Assembly: GCA_947447945.1 (NCBI GenBank)
Contig: CANFLR010000001.1
Location: 23,299-87,298, forward strand
Direction of reading: 5' to 3'
From: Burkholderiaceae bacterium
GTDB lineage: Bacteria > Pseudomonadota > Gammaproteobacteria > Burkholderiales > Burkholderiaceae
DNA: 64,000 nt
Position 1 is the first letter of the stretch; the number at the start of each line of letters is the position of its first letter. The notes beneath the pieces are model-generated. The model did no database searches, was not told the origin of the DNA, and saw only the letters and a program-made list of their open reading frames with translations. Positions 19,336 to 27,756 of the stretch are shown here, one piece after another. The position numbers and the translations under genes were made by a program.

Positions 19336-20310
19336 ATGAGACAAAAAATCGCAGCAATATTGGCTTTTATTGGTTTGGCATTCTTCTCGGGCGTTTCACT
19401 TGCTCAGGAATCTTGGCCTACTCGCCCAATCACGATGATCGTGCCATTTCCGCCTGGTGGGGTGGCGGATGCCGTGGGGCGTCCCGTGGCTGAGGCGATG
19501 TCGCGTATTTTGGGGCAGCCAGTGATTGTTGAAAACAAGGCTGGGGCAGGTGGTGGTATTGGTATGGCCGCAGTTGCCAAATCTAAACCTGATGGATATA
19601 CCATTTTGATGGCTTTATCATCCATTTCTATTATTCCTGAGGCCGACAAGATTGTCGGGCGCGAGCAATCTTTTCAATTAAATCAACTCAAGCCAATTGC
19701 CCGCTTTACTGCTGATCCAACCGTTTTGGTGGTTAGGGCTGATAGCCCTTGGAAGGATTACAAGTCGTTTGTGGCTGCCATGCGCGCCAATCCTGGTAAA
19801 TACAACTTTGGATCTTCCGGAAACTATGGGACCATGCATGTACCCATGGAAATGTTGAAGTCTTCTCAGCAATTTTATATGGTCCATATTCCATATACGG
19901 GTGCTGGTCCGGCGATTGTGGGCTTGCTTGGTGGGCAAGTGGATGCACTAGCTACCGGCCCCTCTTCGATTGTCCAGCAAATCAAAGCGGGTAAGGTTCG
20001 TGCCCTAGCGCATTGGGGTGACGGCCGGCTTGCCAGTTTGCCTGATGTCCCCAGCCTTAAGGAGCTAGGTGTCAAGATTGAGTTTGCACAATGGGCCGGC
20101 CTCTTTATCCCGAGCGCAACTCCGGATGCGATTACTAATAAATTGCGTGAGGTAGCTAAATTAGCAGCTAATGATGAGCGCGTGCGTGCGGTGATTACTG
20201 GCGCAGGAAGTCCAATACAGTATATGGATGCCCCTGAATTCAAAGTCTATTGGGATAAAGAATCTGCACAAATGGTTGAGGTTGTGAAAAAAATTGGCAA
20301 GGTCGAGTAA
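19336..20310 (+). CDS. Bug/TctC family periplasmic substrate-binding protein
   Basis: WPTRPITMIVPFPPGGVAD, KPDGYT and HIPYTGAGPA motifs. Confidence 0.92.
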   Translation: MRQKIAAILAFIGLAFFSGVSLAQESWPTRPITMIVPFPPGGVADAVGRPVAEAMSRILGQPVIVENKAGAGGGIGMAAVAKSKPDGYTILMALSSISIIPEADKIVGREQSFQLNQLKPIARFTADPTVLVVRADSPWKDYKSFVAAMRANPGKYNFGSSGNYGTMHVPMEMLKSSQQFYMVHIPYTGAGPAIVGLLGGQVDALATGPSSIVQQIKAGKVRALAHWGDGRLASLPDVPSLKELGVKIEFAQWAGLFIPSATPDAITNKLREVAKLAANDERVRAVITGAGSPIQYMDAPEFKVYWDKESAQMVEVVKKIGKVE

Positions 20311-20396
20311 TCGAGAGTCTACCAACTGTACTACTCTAGCCTTTGGCATGGGGGTCTGTATTCAAGAATATTGAATCATTGATAAACTGCTTAACC

Positions 20397-21185
20397 ATGT
20401 TAATGCGATTCCATTTTTTACCCCACTTTTTCTTTTTAGCTGCTTTGCTTGTGCTTCCCAGCACTGCTTATGCGGTGTTACAGGATGAGGTTCAGGTTTA
20501 TGATGACGCGATCAATGAGAAGGGTGAGTCTAGCTTAGAGTTGCATGTCAATAACACCCCTAGAGGCTTACAAACACCGACCTATCCAGGTGAGGTGATG
20601 AATAATAGCAATACCCGCATTACCCCAGAGTTTGCCTACGGATTGGGACATGATCTTGAGGCTGGTCTTTATATCAATACCGTTGTGAACAATAGCACCT
20701 GGAATTACGCGGGTGTAAAAGTTCGCTTAAAGTGGTTGCCTTATCAAGAGGAAAAAGGAGATCCTTTTTTTGCAGGTCTCAATGTGGAGTTATCTAATAT
20801 TTTGCCTCAGTACGAGGAGTCACGCTATAACTCCGAGGCTCGCTTTATATTTGGTAAACATATTGATAAATGGTTAGTCGTTGTAAACCCAATTTTTGAT
20901 CAACCGCTGTCTCAGCCCTATGTGCATCAAACCCCGTATTTCAATACGGCAGCACGCGTTTCACGCGAGGTGGCTCAGGATTTAGCCCTCGGGGTTGAGT
21001 ATTACTCAAATTACAACCAATTGGGTACTGGACCGGTTTCTTGGCCCAATACAGAGCAGATGGGATTTTTAACCATGTATTACGATGGTGGCCCATTACC
21101 TTTTCAGGCCGGCATCGGTAAGGGGTTTACCAATAGCAGTGATTCCTTGACGCTCAAAGCAATCTTTTCTATTCCTTTGCCCTAG
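20397..21185 (+). CDS. Exported hypothetical protein, probable outer-membrane beta-barrel
   Basis: Signal peptide ending AYA; DEVQVY N-terminal motif; alternating beta-strand pattern (EFAYG, EAGLY, LGVEYY, QAGIGKG); start could be 20403. Confidence 0.6.
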   Translation: MLMRFHFLPHFFFLAALLVLPSTAYAVLQDEVQVYDDAINEKGESSLELHVNNTPRGLQTPTYPGEVMNNSNTRITPEFAYGLGHDLEAGLYINTVVNNSTWNYAGVKVRLKWLPYQEEKGDPFFAGLNVELSNILPQYEESRYNSEARFIFGKHIDKWLVVVNPIFDQPLSQPYVHQTPYFNTAARVSREVAQDLALGVEYYSNYNQLGTGPVSWPNTEQMGFLTMYYDGGPLPFQAGIGKGFTNSSDSLTLKAIFSIPLP

Positions 21186-21208
21186 GCTGTACGGCTTAGA
21201 AAAACAAA

Positions 21209-21228
21209 GTCTAGACGAAAGTCTATAA
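21209..21228. promoter_or_regulatory. Candidate GntR/HutC-type operator upstream of the molybdoenzyme genes
   Basis: GTCTAGAC palindrome (GT-N-TA-N-AC) inside an AAAGTCTA direct repeat with 12-bp period. Confidence 0.35.
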
Positions 21229-21282
21229 AAACCAGTAAGCTATCTCTTATAAAAAATAAGTAGAAATCATCAGGAGATCAGA

Positions 21283-21744
21283 ATGGCTGTGAAGCTAACG
21301 GTTAACGGGCAGAGTCTCGAGGTAGATGTCGATCCCTCAACCCCCTTACTATATGTATTGCGGAATGACGCAATGATCAATTCAGCAAAGTATGGTTGTG
21401 GTGTGGGGCAGTGTGGTGCTTGTGCCGTGCTATTAGATGATCAGGTAGTTTTATCTTGTACTTTGCCAGTAGGCAATGTCAAAGGCAATATTAAAACACT
21501 CGAGTCTTACGAGAGTGATCGCACCCTAAATGCTTTAAATAAAGCGTTTATTGCAGAGCAAGCCGTTCAATGCGGTTATTGTATTTCTGGAATGATGATT
21601 CGTGCTAAATCCTTGCTTGATGTTAATAAGCATCCTAGTGTTCAACAAATTAAAGATACCCTGCAAGGACATTTATGCCGCTGCGGTACTCATACACGGA
21701 TTATTAAAGCAATTCAGCGCGCTTCTCAGGAGTTATCAGCATGA
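21283..21744 (+). CDS. (2Fe-2S)-binding small subunit of an aldehyde/isoquinoline oxidoreductase (IorA/CoxS-like)
   Basis: GCGVGQCGAC..SC, QCGYC and LCRCG clusters. Confidence 0.93.
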   Translation: MAVKLTVNGQSLEVDVDPSTPLLYVLRNDAMINSAKYGCGVGQCGACAVLLDDQVVLSCTLPVGNVKGNIKTLESYESDRTLNALNKAFIAEQAVQCGYCISGMMIRAKSLLDVNKHPSVQQIKDTLQGHLCRCGTHTRIIKAIQRASQELSA

Positions 21745-23984
21745 TGCATTCATCAAACGTTGCGCGCCGCCATTTCTTAAAAAGTAGCTTGGGTATAGCG
21801 ATTAGTTTTGCTTGGGCGCCAGCATTACTGGCGCAATCTTCAGCAAGCGCTTTGCCTGGCAGCTTAAATGCAAATCCAAAGCTTGATAGCTGGTTGCACA
21901 TTCAACCTGACGGCAAGGTTGTTGTCTTGGCAGGTAAGGTCGAATTTGGACAAGGCATCACTACTGCACTGATGCAGATTGTGGCTGATGAGTTAGAGAT
22001 CGACATGTCACGGATTGTGATGGTTCCAACCACCACTGGTATTTCTCCTGATGAAGGCGTTACTTCCGGCAGTCAATCCATTGAGTACGGTGGAATTGCT
22101 TTGCGCTACGCTGCGGCTGATGCAAGGGAGCTCTTATTAGAGCGAGCTTCTGTTAAGTTAGGCACACCTGTTTCTGAGCTGAAAGTGCGCGATGGTGAGA
22201 TTCGTACTGCGTCTGGCCAGTTGCTTACCTATTGGAATTTAGCAGATAGCGAACTCTTTCAGAGGCCGGTTAATGCTAAAGTAGCACTCAAGAAAACACA
22301 TACCACGATTGGCAAATCTATCCAGCGCGTAGATATTCCCGCCAAGGTATCAGGTAAGCCTGCGTATGTTCAAGATATGAAGATGCCAGGGATGCTGCAT
22401 GCCAGAGTGATTAGGCCGCCATCACCACGTGCGAGCATTCTGAGTGCAGATGCTGTTGCAATAGAAAAAATGCCTGGGGTAGTGGCTGTTGTTCAGAATG
22501 GCAGCTTCCTTGCAGTGGTTGCACAACGTGAAGATCAGGCTATTCGGGCTCGAGAAGCCTTAAAGAAGAGTACTCAGTGGAAACTAGCAAATGATCTGCC
22601 AACCTCTCTGCCGTCTTGGTTTAGGGAGATGAAGCAAAAGCCTTCGGTCGATAGTACCGTTAGCCTGAAGCAGAATGCTGCCAATCCGGGGACTAAAGTG
22701 CTGAGCGCCCAATTTACAAAACCATTTATTGCCCATGCTGCGATTGGTCCTTCATGTGCAATTGCCTTGATGAAGGACGGTGGGATTACTGCCTGGACTC
22801 ACAGCCAAGGCATGTACCCCTTAAGAACCGATTTAATCAAGACCCTAGGACTAGCTCCCGACAAAATTGTTTGCATACATCAAGAAGGTTCGGGTATGTA
22901 TGGTCAGAATGGTGCTGATGACGTCGCGCTAGATGCGATGCTAATCGCAAAAGCACTGCCTGGAAAACCCATTCGCGTTCAGTGGATGCGCGATGATGAG
23001 TTCAAGTGGGAGCCCTACGGATCAGCGATGATTATTAATATGCAAGCCTCGCTTGATCAAGAGGGAAATATTGTCGATTGGCAACATGAGCTTTGGAGTA
23101 ATACCCACAGCACCAGGCCGGGGGAGGCCACCGGCGACAATTTGATGGCGAGTTGGTATCTTGAAAAACCTTTCAAGCCTAGCCCGGTGAAAAATATTCC
23201 CCAGCCTGCTGGCGGGTCTGATCGTAATGCCGTACCTCTCTATGTGTTCCCAAATCAAAAGGTAGTGAATCATTTGCTGATTGATATGCCTTTACGGGTC
23301 TCAGCTTTACGTACGCTTGGAGCATATGCCAACGTTTTTGCTGTTGAATCGATGATGGATGATTTGGCTAAGGCCGCCAAGATTGATCCGGCTCAATTTC
23401 GATTGAAGTACTTGCAAGATCCACGCGCACGTGATGTTATAACGCACGTATCAACCATGTCAGCATGGCAAAAAATGCCACTCAAGTCTCAAAAGCAGGG
23501 TAAGTTGCATGGACGTGGCATAGCTTTTGCAAAATATAAAAATCTCTCCGCTTATGTTGCTTGTGTAGCTGATGTTGAAGTAGATCCTAAAACTGGAAAA
23601 GTTCGGGTGACTGATTTATATGCTTCAACTGATGGCGGCTTGGTCATCAACCCCAATGGTATTCAGAATCAGATTGAAGGGGGCTTAATTCAAACAACCA
23701 GTTGGACATTGTTTGAATCAGTGCCTTTTAATCAGGATGGTATTCAAGTGAGTTCATGGGCTGAATATCCAATTCTGCGTTTTTCTGACTTACCCAATGT
23801 GCATGTCGAGATTATTAATCGTGAGAATGAGAAGTCCCTTGGGGTTGGAGAGGGCTCTCAAGGGCCGGGTTGTGCCGCTATTGCCAATGCAGTCGCCAAT
23901 GCGATTGGTCAAAGAGTCTTTGATTTACCTTTGACCCCTGAAAGGATTAAGGCGGCCATAGAACTAGGCAAGCAGACCGCCTAG
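21741..23984 (+). CDS. Xanthine dehydrogenase-family molybdopterin-binding subunit (IorB-like), Tat signal
   Basis: ARRHFLK twin-arginine; GKVEFGQG, TSGSQS, NQIEGG and GVGE motifs; ATGA overlap with the small subunit. Confidence 0.9.
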   Translation: MMHSSNVARRHFLKSSLGIAISFAWAPALLAQSSASALPGSLNANPKLDSWLHIQPDGKVVVLAGKVEFGQGITTALMQIVADELEIDMSRIVMVPTTTGISPDEGVTSGSQSIEYGGIALRYAAADARELLLERASVKLGTPVSELKVRDGEIRTASGQLLTYWNLADSELFQRPVNAKVALKKTHTTIGKSIQRVDIPAKVSGKPAYVQDMKMPGMLHARVIRPPSPRASILSADAVAIEKMPGVVAVVQNGSFLAVVAQREDQAIRAREALKKSTQWKLANDLPTSLPSWFREMKQKPSVDSTVSLKQNAANPGTKVLSAQFTKPFIAHAAIGPSCAIALMKDGGITAWTHSQGMYPLRTDLIKTLGLAPDKIVCIHQEGSGMYGQNGADDVALDAMLIAKALPGKPIRVQWMRDDEFKWEPYGSAMIINMQASLDQEGNIVDWQHELWSNTHSTRPGEATGDNLMASWYLEKPFKPSPVKNIPQPAGGSDRNAVPLYVFPNQKVVNHLLIDMPLRVSALRTLGAYANVFAVESMMDDLAKAAKIDPAQFRLKYLQDPRARDVITHVSTMSAWQKMPLKSQKQGKLHGRGIAFAKYKNLSAYVACVADVEVDPKTGKVRVTDLYASTDGGLVINPNGIQNQIEGGLIQTTSWTLFESVPFNQDGIQVSSWAEYPILRFSDLPNVHVEIINRENEKSLGVGEGSQGPGCAAIANAVANAIGQRVFDLPLTPERIKAAIELGKQTA

Positions 23985-23991
23985 CAAGGCA

Positions 23992-24429
23992 TTATTTTTG
24001 GACTGGTTCTTCGAGGTTTGCGCGCTCTTGAGCACGAATATCAGCCGTGTAGAACTTGCCGGTATCTACGAGGGTAATCTTTTTAAGTGCACCCCCTTTA
24101 GTTCCGTTGCGTAGGGGATTAAAGTCTATAACTGCCTTATCTCCAGCCTTTACCACGTTCCTAGACCAGCCACCACCTCGGGTCAGGTTGCCTGGGCTGG
24201 TCATTTCCATTAACCAAAGTGCTGGGGTATCCCCGTCTTTAAAGGTGCCCTCTATAAAGATGGCAACATGGGGATTAGTCCATTGCACTTCTTTCACTAC
24301 TCCGGTAATCGTAGTAATCTTATCTTTATCAAACATAGTAGTCGAGTGATGCGCCATCACTGGAGCATTGCTTAGCATGCCAACTGTTATTGCAGTCATG
24401 GGCAATAGTTTTTTGAAGTTTAATTTCAT
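23992..24429 (-). CDS. Exported protein with N-terminal HHS and WTNPH motifs (DUF6152-like)
   Basis: Signal peptide ending VMA directly before HHSTTMFD; G.VKEVQWTNPH..W..EM..P. Confidence 0.75.
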   Translation of the reverse strand: MKLNFKKLLPMTAITVGMLSNAPVMAHHSTTMFDKDKITTITGVVKEVQWTNPHVAIFIEGTFKDGDTPALWLMEMTSPGNLTRGGGWSRNVVKAGDKAVIDFNPLRNGTKGGALKKITLVDTGKFYTADIRAQERANLEEPVQK

Positions 24430-24446
24430 CGTATTTACCTTTTCAT

Positions 24447-25274
24447 TTATTTTGGTGGGATGCGGTTTCCGCCAACATCGTGCTGGATTGGGACATAAAT
24501 ATCATTACCGTATTTATCTTTACCAGGGGCAAAGTAGCCCTCTAAGCAAACGCCTTCAACAATATCAAATTTTCTAGCGCGCTGGCGGAAATAGACACGG
24601 GTAGTTTTCCATGGTTTTGTGAGGATTTTCGGTGCAATTACTTCAATGTCGTCGTGCAGCTCATCTTTTCCAACCAAGTGAATGCGCTCAATAACGCGCA
24701 TGTCACCATTATTGGGAACGCCGGCCGCTTCGCTAATAGCAAGCAGAGATTGCGGCGAAATGCCGACCGTATCCACGACTAAAGTATCGCCTTCCCACTT
24801 GCCGATTGAATGCCCATGGAATGTTGGATCTGGATCCTCTGGGTGTGGGCGACCATCAGTGTAAATTCGCCTTAAGCGGTTTCCATCTGACTCACCAAGG
24901 ATGGTGACTCTGCCCGGGGTGAATAGCACCTCCATTGCATTATGCGTAATGAGCATCCAGGATGGCATTGCCTCTGGAAGGCAATTGACAAAGAGAGGCG
25001 GCGGTCTGCCAGCTTTTTCTTCAGCCAATTGAAATTGAATCAATTCATTTGCCTGAGGATTCCAAGGCGGCATATTTGTTTTGGCTTGCTTATCTTGGTC
25101 TGTAACAAATGGGTTCCATACACCACTCCAGTCCGGCAATTTTGCAAGATTAGCCCAATCCTTGGCAGTGGGGGGTGGATTGATGATGGGTTTATTGCTT
25201 GTTTGCGCAGCCGCGCCCAATGCAAGGCAGCCAAAGCTAATAGCCACTGACAATACGAGAAACTGTTTTTTCAT
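24447..25274 (-). CDS. Exported conserved hypothetical protein (DWSGVW / GHSIGKWEGDTLVVDT family)
   Basis: Signal peptide; lipocalin-like GxW; CLPEAMP, RRIYTDGR.HP and C-terminal Cys. Confidence 0.7.
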   Translation of the reverse strand: MKKQFLVLSVAISFGCLALGAAAQTSNKPIINPPPTAKDWANLAKLPDWSGVWNPFVTDQDKQAKTNMPPWNPQANELIQFQLAEEKAGRPPPLFVNCLPEAMPSWMLITHNAMEVLFTPGRVTILGESDGNRLRRIYTDGRPHPEDPDPTFHGHSIGKWEGDTLVVDTVGISPQSLLAISEAAGVPNNGDMRVIERIHLVGKDELHDDIEVIAPKILTKPWKTTRVYFRQRARKFDIVEGVCLEGYFAPGKDKYGNDIYVPIQHDVGGNRIPPK

Positions 25275-25283
25275 TCTTATTCC

Positions 25284-25796
25284 TTATGAAACAGCAAAAA
25301 CCGGTTCTAAAGTAAATCCAATCCAACGCCCACAAATAACGATAGCAATCCAAAGGGTGATCGAAACGAGTCCGGCTAACCTAGCTTGAAGTGGAAGTTG
25401 GAGCGCGTGATCCCATTGCTCTAAATTATTGCCAATGATGAATTGAAAAACCACCATGTTAATACCTGCTAGAGCCAATAAAAAAAGTTTACTTAGAAAA
25501 TAAAAATTTTGACTGTAGCCAATTGCGTTAGAGCTAAATAAAATCGCTCCCGATATTGCCGCAATCACGAAAGCGCACCAAGTAATTGGCAGAAGCTCTT
25601 TGCTAATCTTGCTAATAGGTCGATCAAGAGAGCGGACGCCAATTAAGCGCAGATCGACTAATGCAATGGAACCTAATACTAGGGTGATAGCCAATACATG
25701 CAAGGTTTCAAGCCATGGAAATAGCAACTCGTTTTCTCGAATAGTCAGAGCTAGTGGATTGTTGTGCAGATTCTGCAGAATAGAAGTTAGGTTCAT
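25284..25796 (-). CDS. 4-TM membrane protein (DUF6644-like)
   Basis: ETLHVL..DLRL.G..F..K..GRWIGF pattern; four hydrophobic segments. Confidence 0.72.
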   Translation of the reverse strand: MNLTSILQNLHNNPLALTIRENELLFPWLETLHVLAITLVLGSIALVDLRLIGVRSLDRPISKISKELLPITWCAFVIAAISGAILFSSNAIGYSQNFYFLSKLFLLALAGINMVVFQFIIGNNLEQWDHALQLPLQARLAGLVSITLWIAIVICGRWIGFTLEPVFAVS

Positions 25797-25814
25797 GCTG
25801 AAATTGAGGTCATG

Positions 25815-26312
25815 TTAGGTGTAAGCAATCCAGCGACCGCAAGACACAATGCCAATCCAAAGTGCGATGGAGCAAACTGCTAAGGTAGAGGCCAAGCTTC
25901 TTTTTTTGGGGCTAGCATTCCAGAAGAAAGAATCCCGATCGCTGACTCGAAGCAGCCAGTAGTGAAGAACAAGCACTATACACAGCATCAGCATTTTTAA
26001 TTGAAACGCAGCATTGGCTAAAGAGCGTGCCGGCTCTGCAATGATGAGAATGGCCCCTGTTGCCAGCAGCATCGGGACGGTAAACCACATGATTGGGGTA
26101 TATCGAGAAATGACGCTTGCGATGGAGAGCTCATTGCCGCTTATTCTCAACAATCGCAAATTGATCATTAGCGAAGCAATCAGGGTGGCAGCAATTGCCA
26201 AAATATGAATTGATTGTGCACTAGGAATAACCCAGCTTGTATCCTGAAATGCTAGGCTTAGCGGGGTATTTTCAAGGTAGTAACAAAAGTCGAGTAATAA
26301 AGGGGTGCGCAT
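25815..26312 (-). CDS. 4-TM membrane protein (DUF6644-like), paralog of 25284-25796
   Basis: QSIHIL..NLRLL..AFQLKM..GRWIAY pattern. Confidence 0.72.
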   Translation of the reverse strand: MRTPLLLDFCYYLENTPLSLAFQDTSWVIPSAQSIHILAIAATLIASLMINLRLLRISGNELSIASVISRYTPIMWFTVPMLLATGAILIIAEPARSLANAAFQLKMLMLCIVLVLHYWLLRVSDRDSFFWNASPKKRSLASTLAVCSIALWIGIVSCGRWIAYT

Positions 26313-26391
26313 TCAGCTAAACAAGTGTTTAATATTCTGAAAAGAGTGTATATCACTCCTACTGAATGTTCATTATTTTTTGGAGATGGCT

Positions 26392-27384
26392 ATGTTTCGC
26401 AGGCACCCACAGCATCTGTTGAGTGGCATTATTTTTGCTGCAACTGCAGCAATTATCTCCCTCTCTCACGCAGCACTTGCTGCTGATGAATTTCCCAGTA
26501 AGCCGATTAAAATTATTGTTACCGCTGCACCGGGCGGCACTACTGATATTGCGACTCGCCAGCTAGGGGTGGTGCTCGCGAAAGAGCTTGGTCAATCTGT
26601 GATTGTTGAAAATAAGGCTGGCGGCGCTGGAATTATCGGTCTGCAGGCTCTATTAGCGGCCCCAGCGGATGGATATACCATGGCGATGGGTAATATCGGC
26701 ACCAATGCTATTAACTACAGTCTTTATAAAACGCTGCCATACAAGGTTGAGGATATGGAGCCTATCACCATTGTTTTAGCGAATCCGAATGTCTTGGTGG
26801 TTAATCCCGATTTTCCGGCCAAGACGGTTGCTGAGTTAATTGCCTTGGCGAAGGCGAATCCCGGTAAATACTCCTTCGCATCTTCAGGGCGTGGGCAGTC
26901 GATTCATATGTCTGGCGAGCTATTACGTGTTGAAGCTGGGATTGATATTTTCCATGTACCTTACAAAGGGGCTGGACCAGCCTTAGCAGATTTATTGGCA
27001 GGACAGGTCAATATGATGGTTGATAACCTTCCAAGCTCAATGCAATATATTAAGACTGGAAAATTGAGAGCCTTAGCGCTTACTAGTAAAACGCGCGTAC
27101 CAGAGTTGCCTGATGTTCCTACGATGATTCAATCTGGCTTTCCTGGCTTTGAGGTCACCGCCTGGTTTGGTTTATTTGTTCCAGCAGGCACTCCCAAACC
27201 CGTCATTGATAAGCTTTATATGGCAGTGAAGAAGTCTCTTGAGACGCCTGAAATGAAGCAACGCTGGAAGGATCTTGGTGGTTGGGCGGTTGGCGATACT
27301 CCGGCCAATACAAAACTATTTCTTGCTAGCGAAAAGAAAAAGTGGGAACAAGTTGCCGCTCAGGCAAAAATTGAGAAGGAATAA
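26392..27384 (+). CDS. Bug/TctC family periplasmic substrate-binding protein
   Basis: FPSKPIKIIV..PGGTTD, PADGYT and HVPYKGAGPA motifs; GGAG 6 nt before ATG 26392. Confidence 0.92.
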   Translation: MFRRHPQHLLSGIIFAATAAIISLSHAALAADEFPSKPIKIIVTAAPGGTTDIATRQLGVVLAKELGQSVIVENKAGGAGIIGLQALLAAPADGYTMAMGNIGTNAINYSLYKTLPYKVEDMEPITIVLANPNVLVVNPDFPAKTVAELIALAKANPGKYSFASSGRGQSIHMSGELLRVEAGIDIFHVPYKGAGPALADLLAGQVNMMVDNLPSSMQYIKTGKLRALALTSKTRVPELPDVPTMIQSGFPGFEVTAWFGLFVPAGTPKPVIDKLYMAVKKSLETPEMKQRWKDLGGWAVGDTPANTKLFLASEKKKWEQVAAQAKIEKE

Positions 27385-27450
27385 TCGATTCGTCCCACCT
27401 TTTGGTGCTGCCGTCTAAAACTACGGAAAACTAATCACTACAATGGCAGC

Positions 27451-27735
27451 ATGAATGTAGATGCTTATTTCACGGAAATCATTGGTTACTGCGCCGCCGT
27501 TCTGACAACCTTTGCCTTTTTACCGCAGGCTATTCAGTCATGGCGTAGTCGTGATTTGTCGGGCATCTCATTGGGTATGTATAGCTTTTTTACATTCGGC
27601 GTTGGTTTATGGCTTTTCTACGGGATCATCATCAATAAGTGGCCCATTATTTTAGCGAATGCGACAACTTTTGTATTAGCGCTAAGCATTCTCATTTTAA
27701 AATTGCAGCATATTTATCATCACAAGAAGAAATAG
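27451..27735 (+). CDS. SemiSWEET/PQ-loop transporter
   Basis: LTTFAFLPQ, ISLGMY, WLFYG and PIILAN; three TM helices. Confidence 0.9.
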   Translation: MNVDAYFTEIIGYCAAVLTTFAFLPQAIQSWRSRDLSGISLGMYSFFTFGVGLWLFYGIIINKWPIILANATTFVLALSILILKLQHIYHHKKK

Positions 27736-27756
27736 CAGATTACGAAAGGCAGTTGA

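Noticed and set aside
4846-23984. SelD supplying labile selenium to the xanthine-dehydrogenase-family enzyme
   Set aside because: The genes are 15 kb apart, the marker genes yqeB/yqeC are absent from the window, and the enzyme is IorB-type rather than a known Se-dependent hydroxylase
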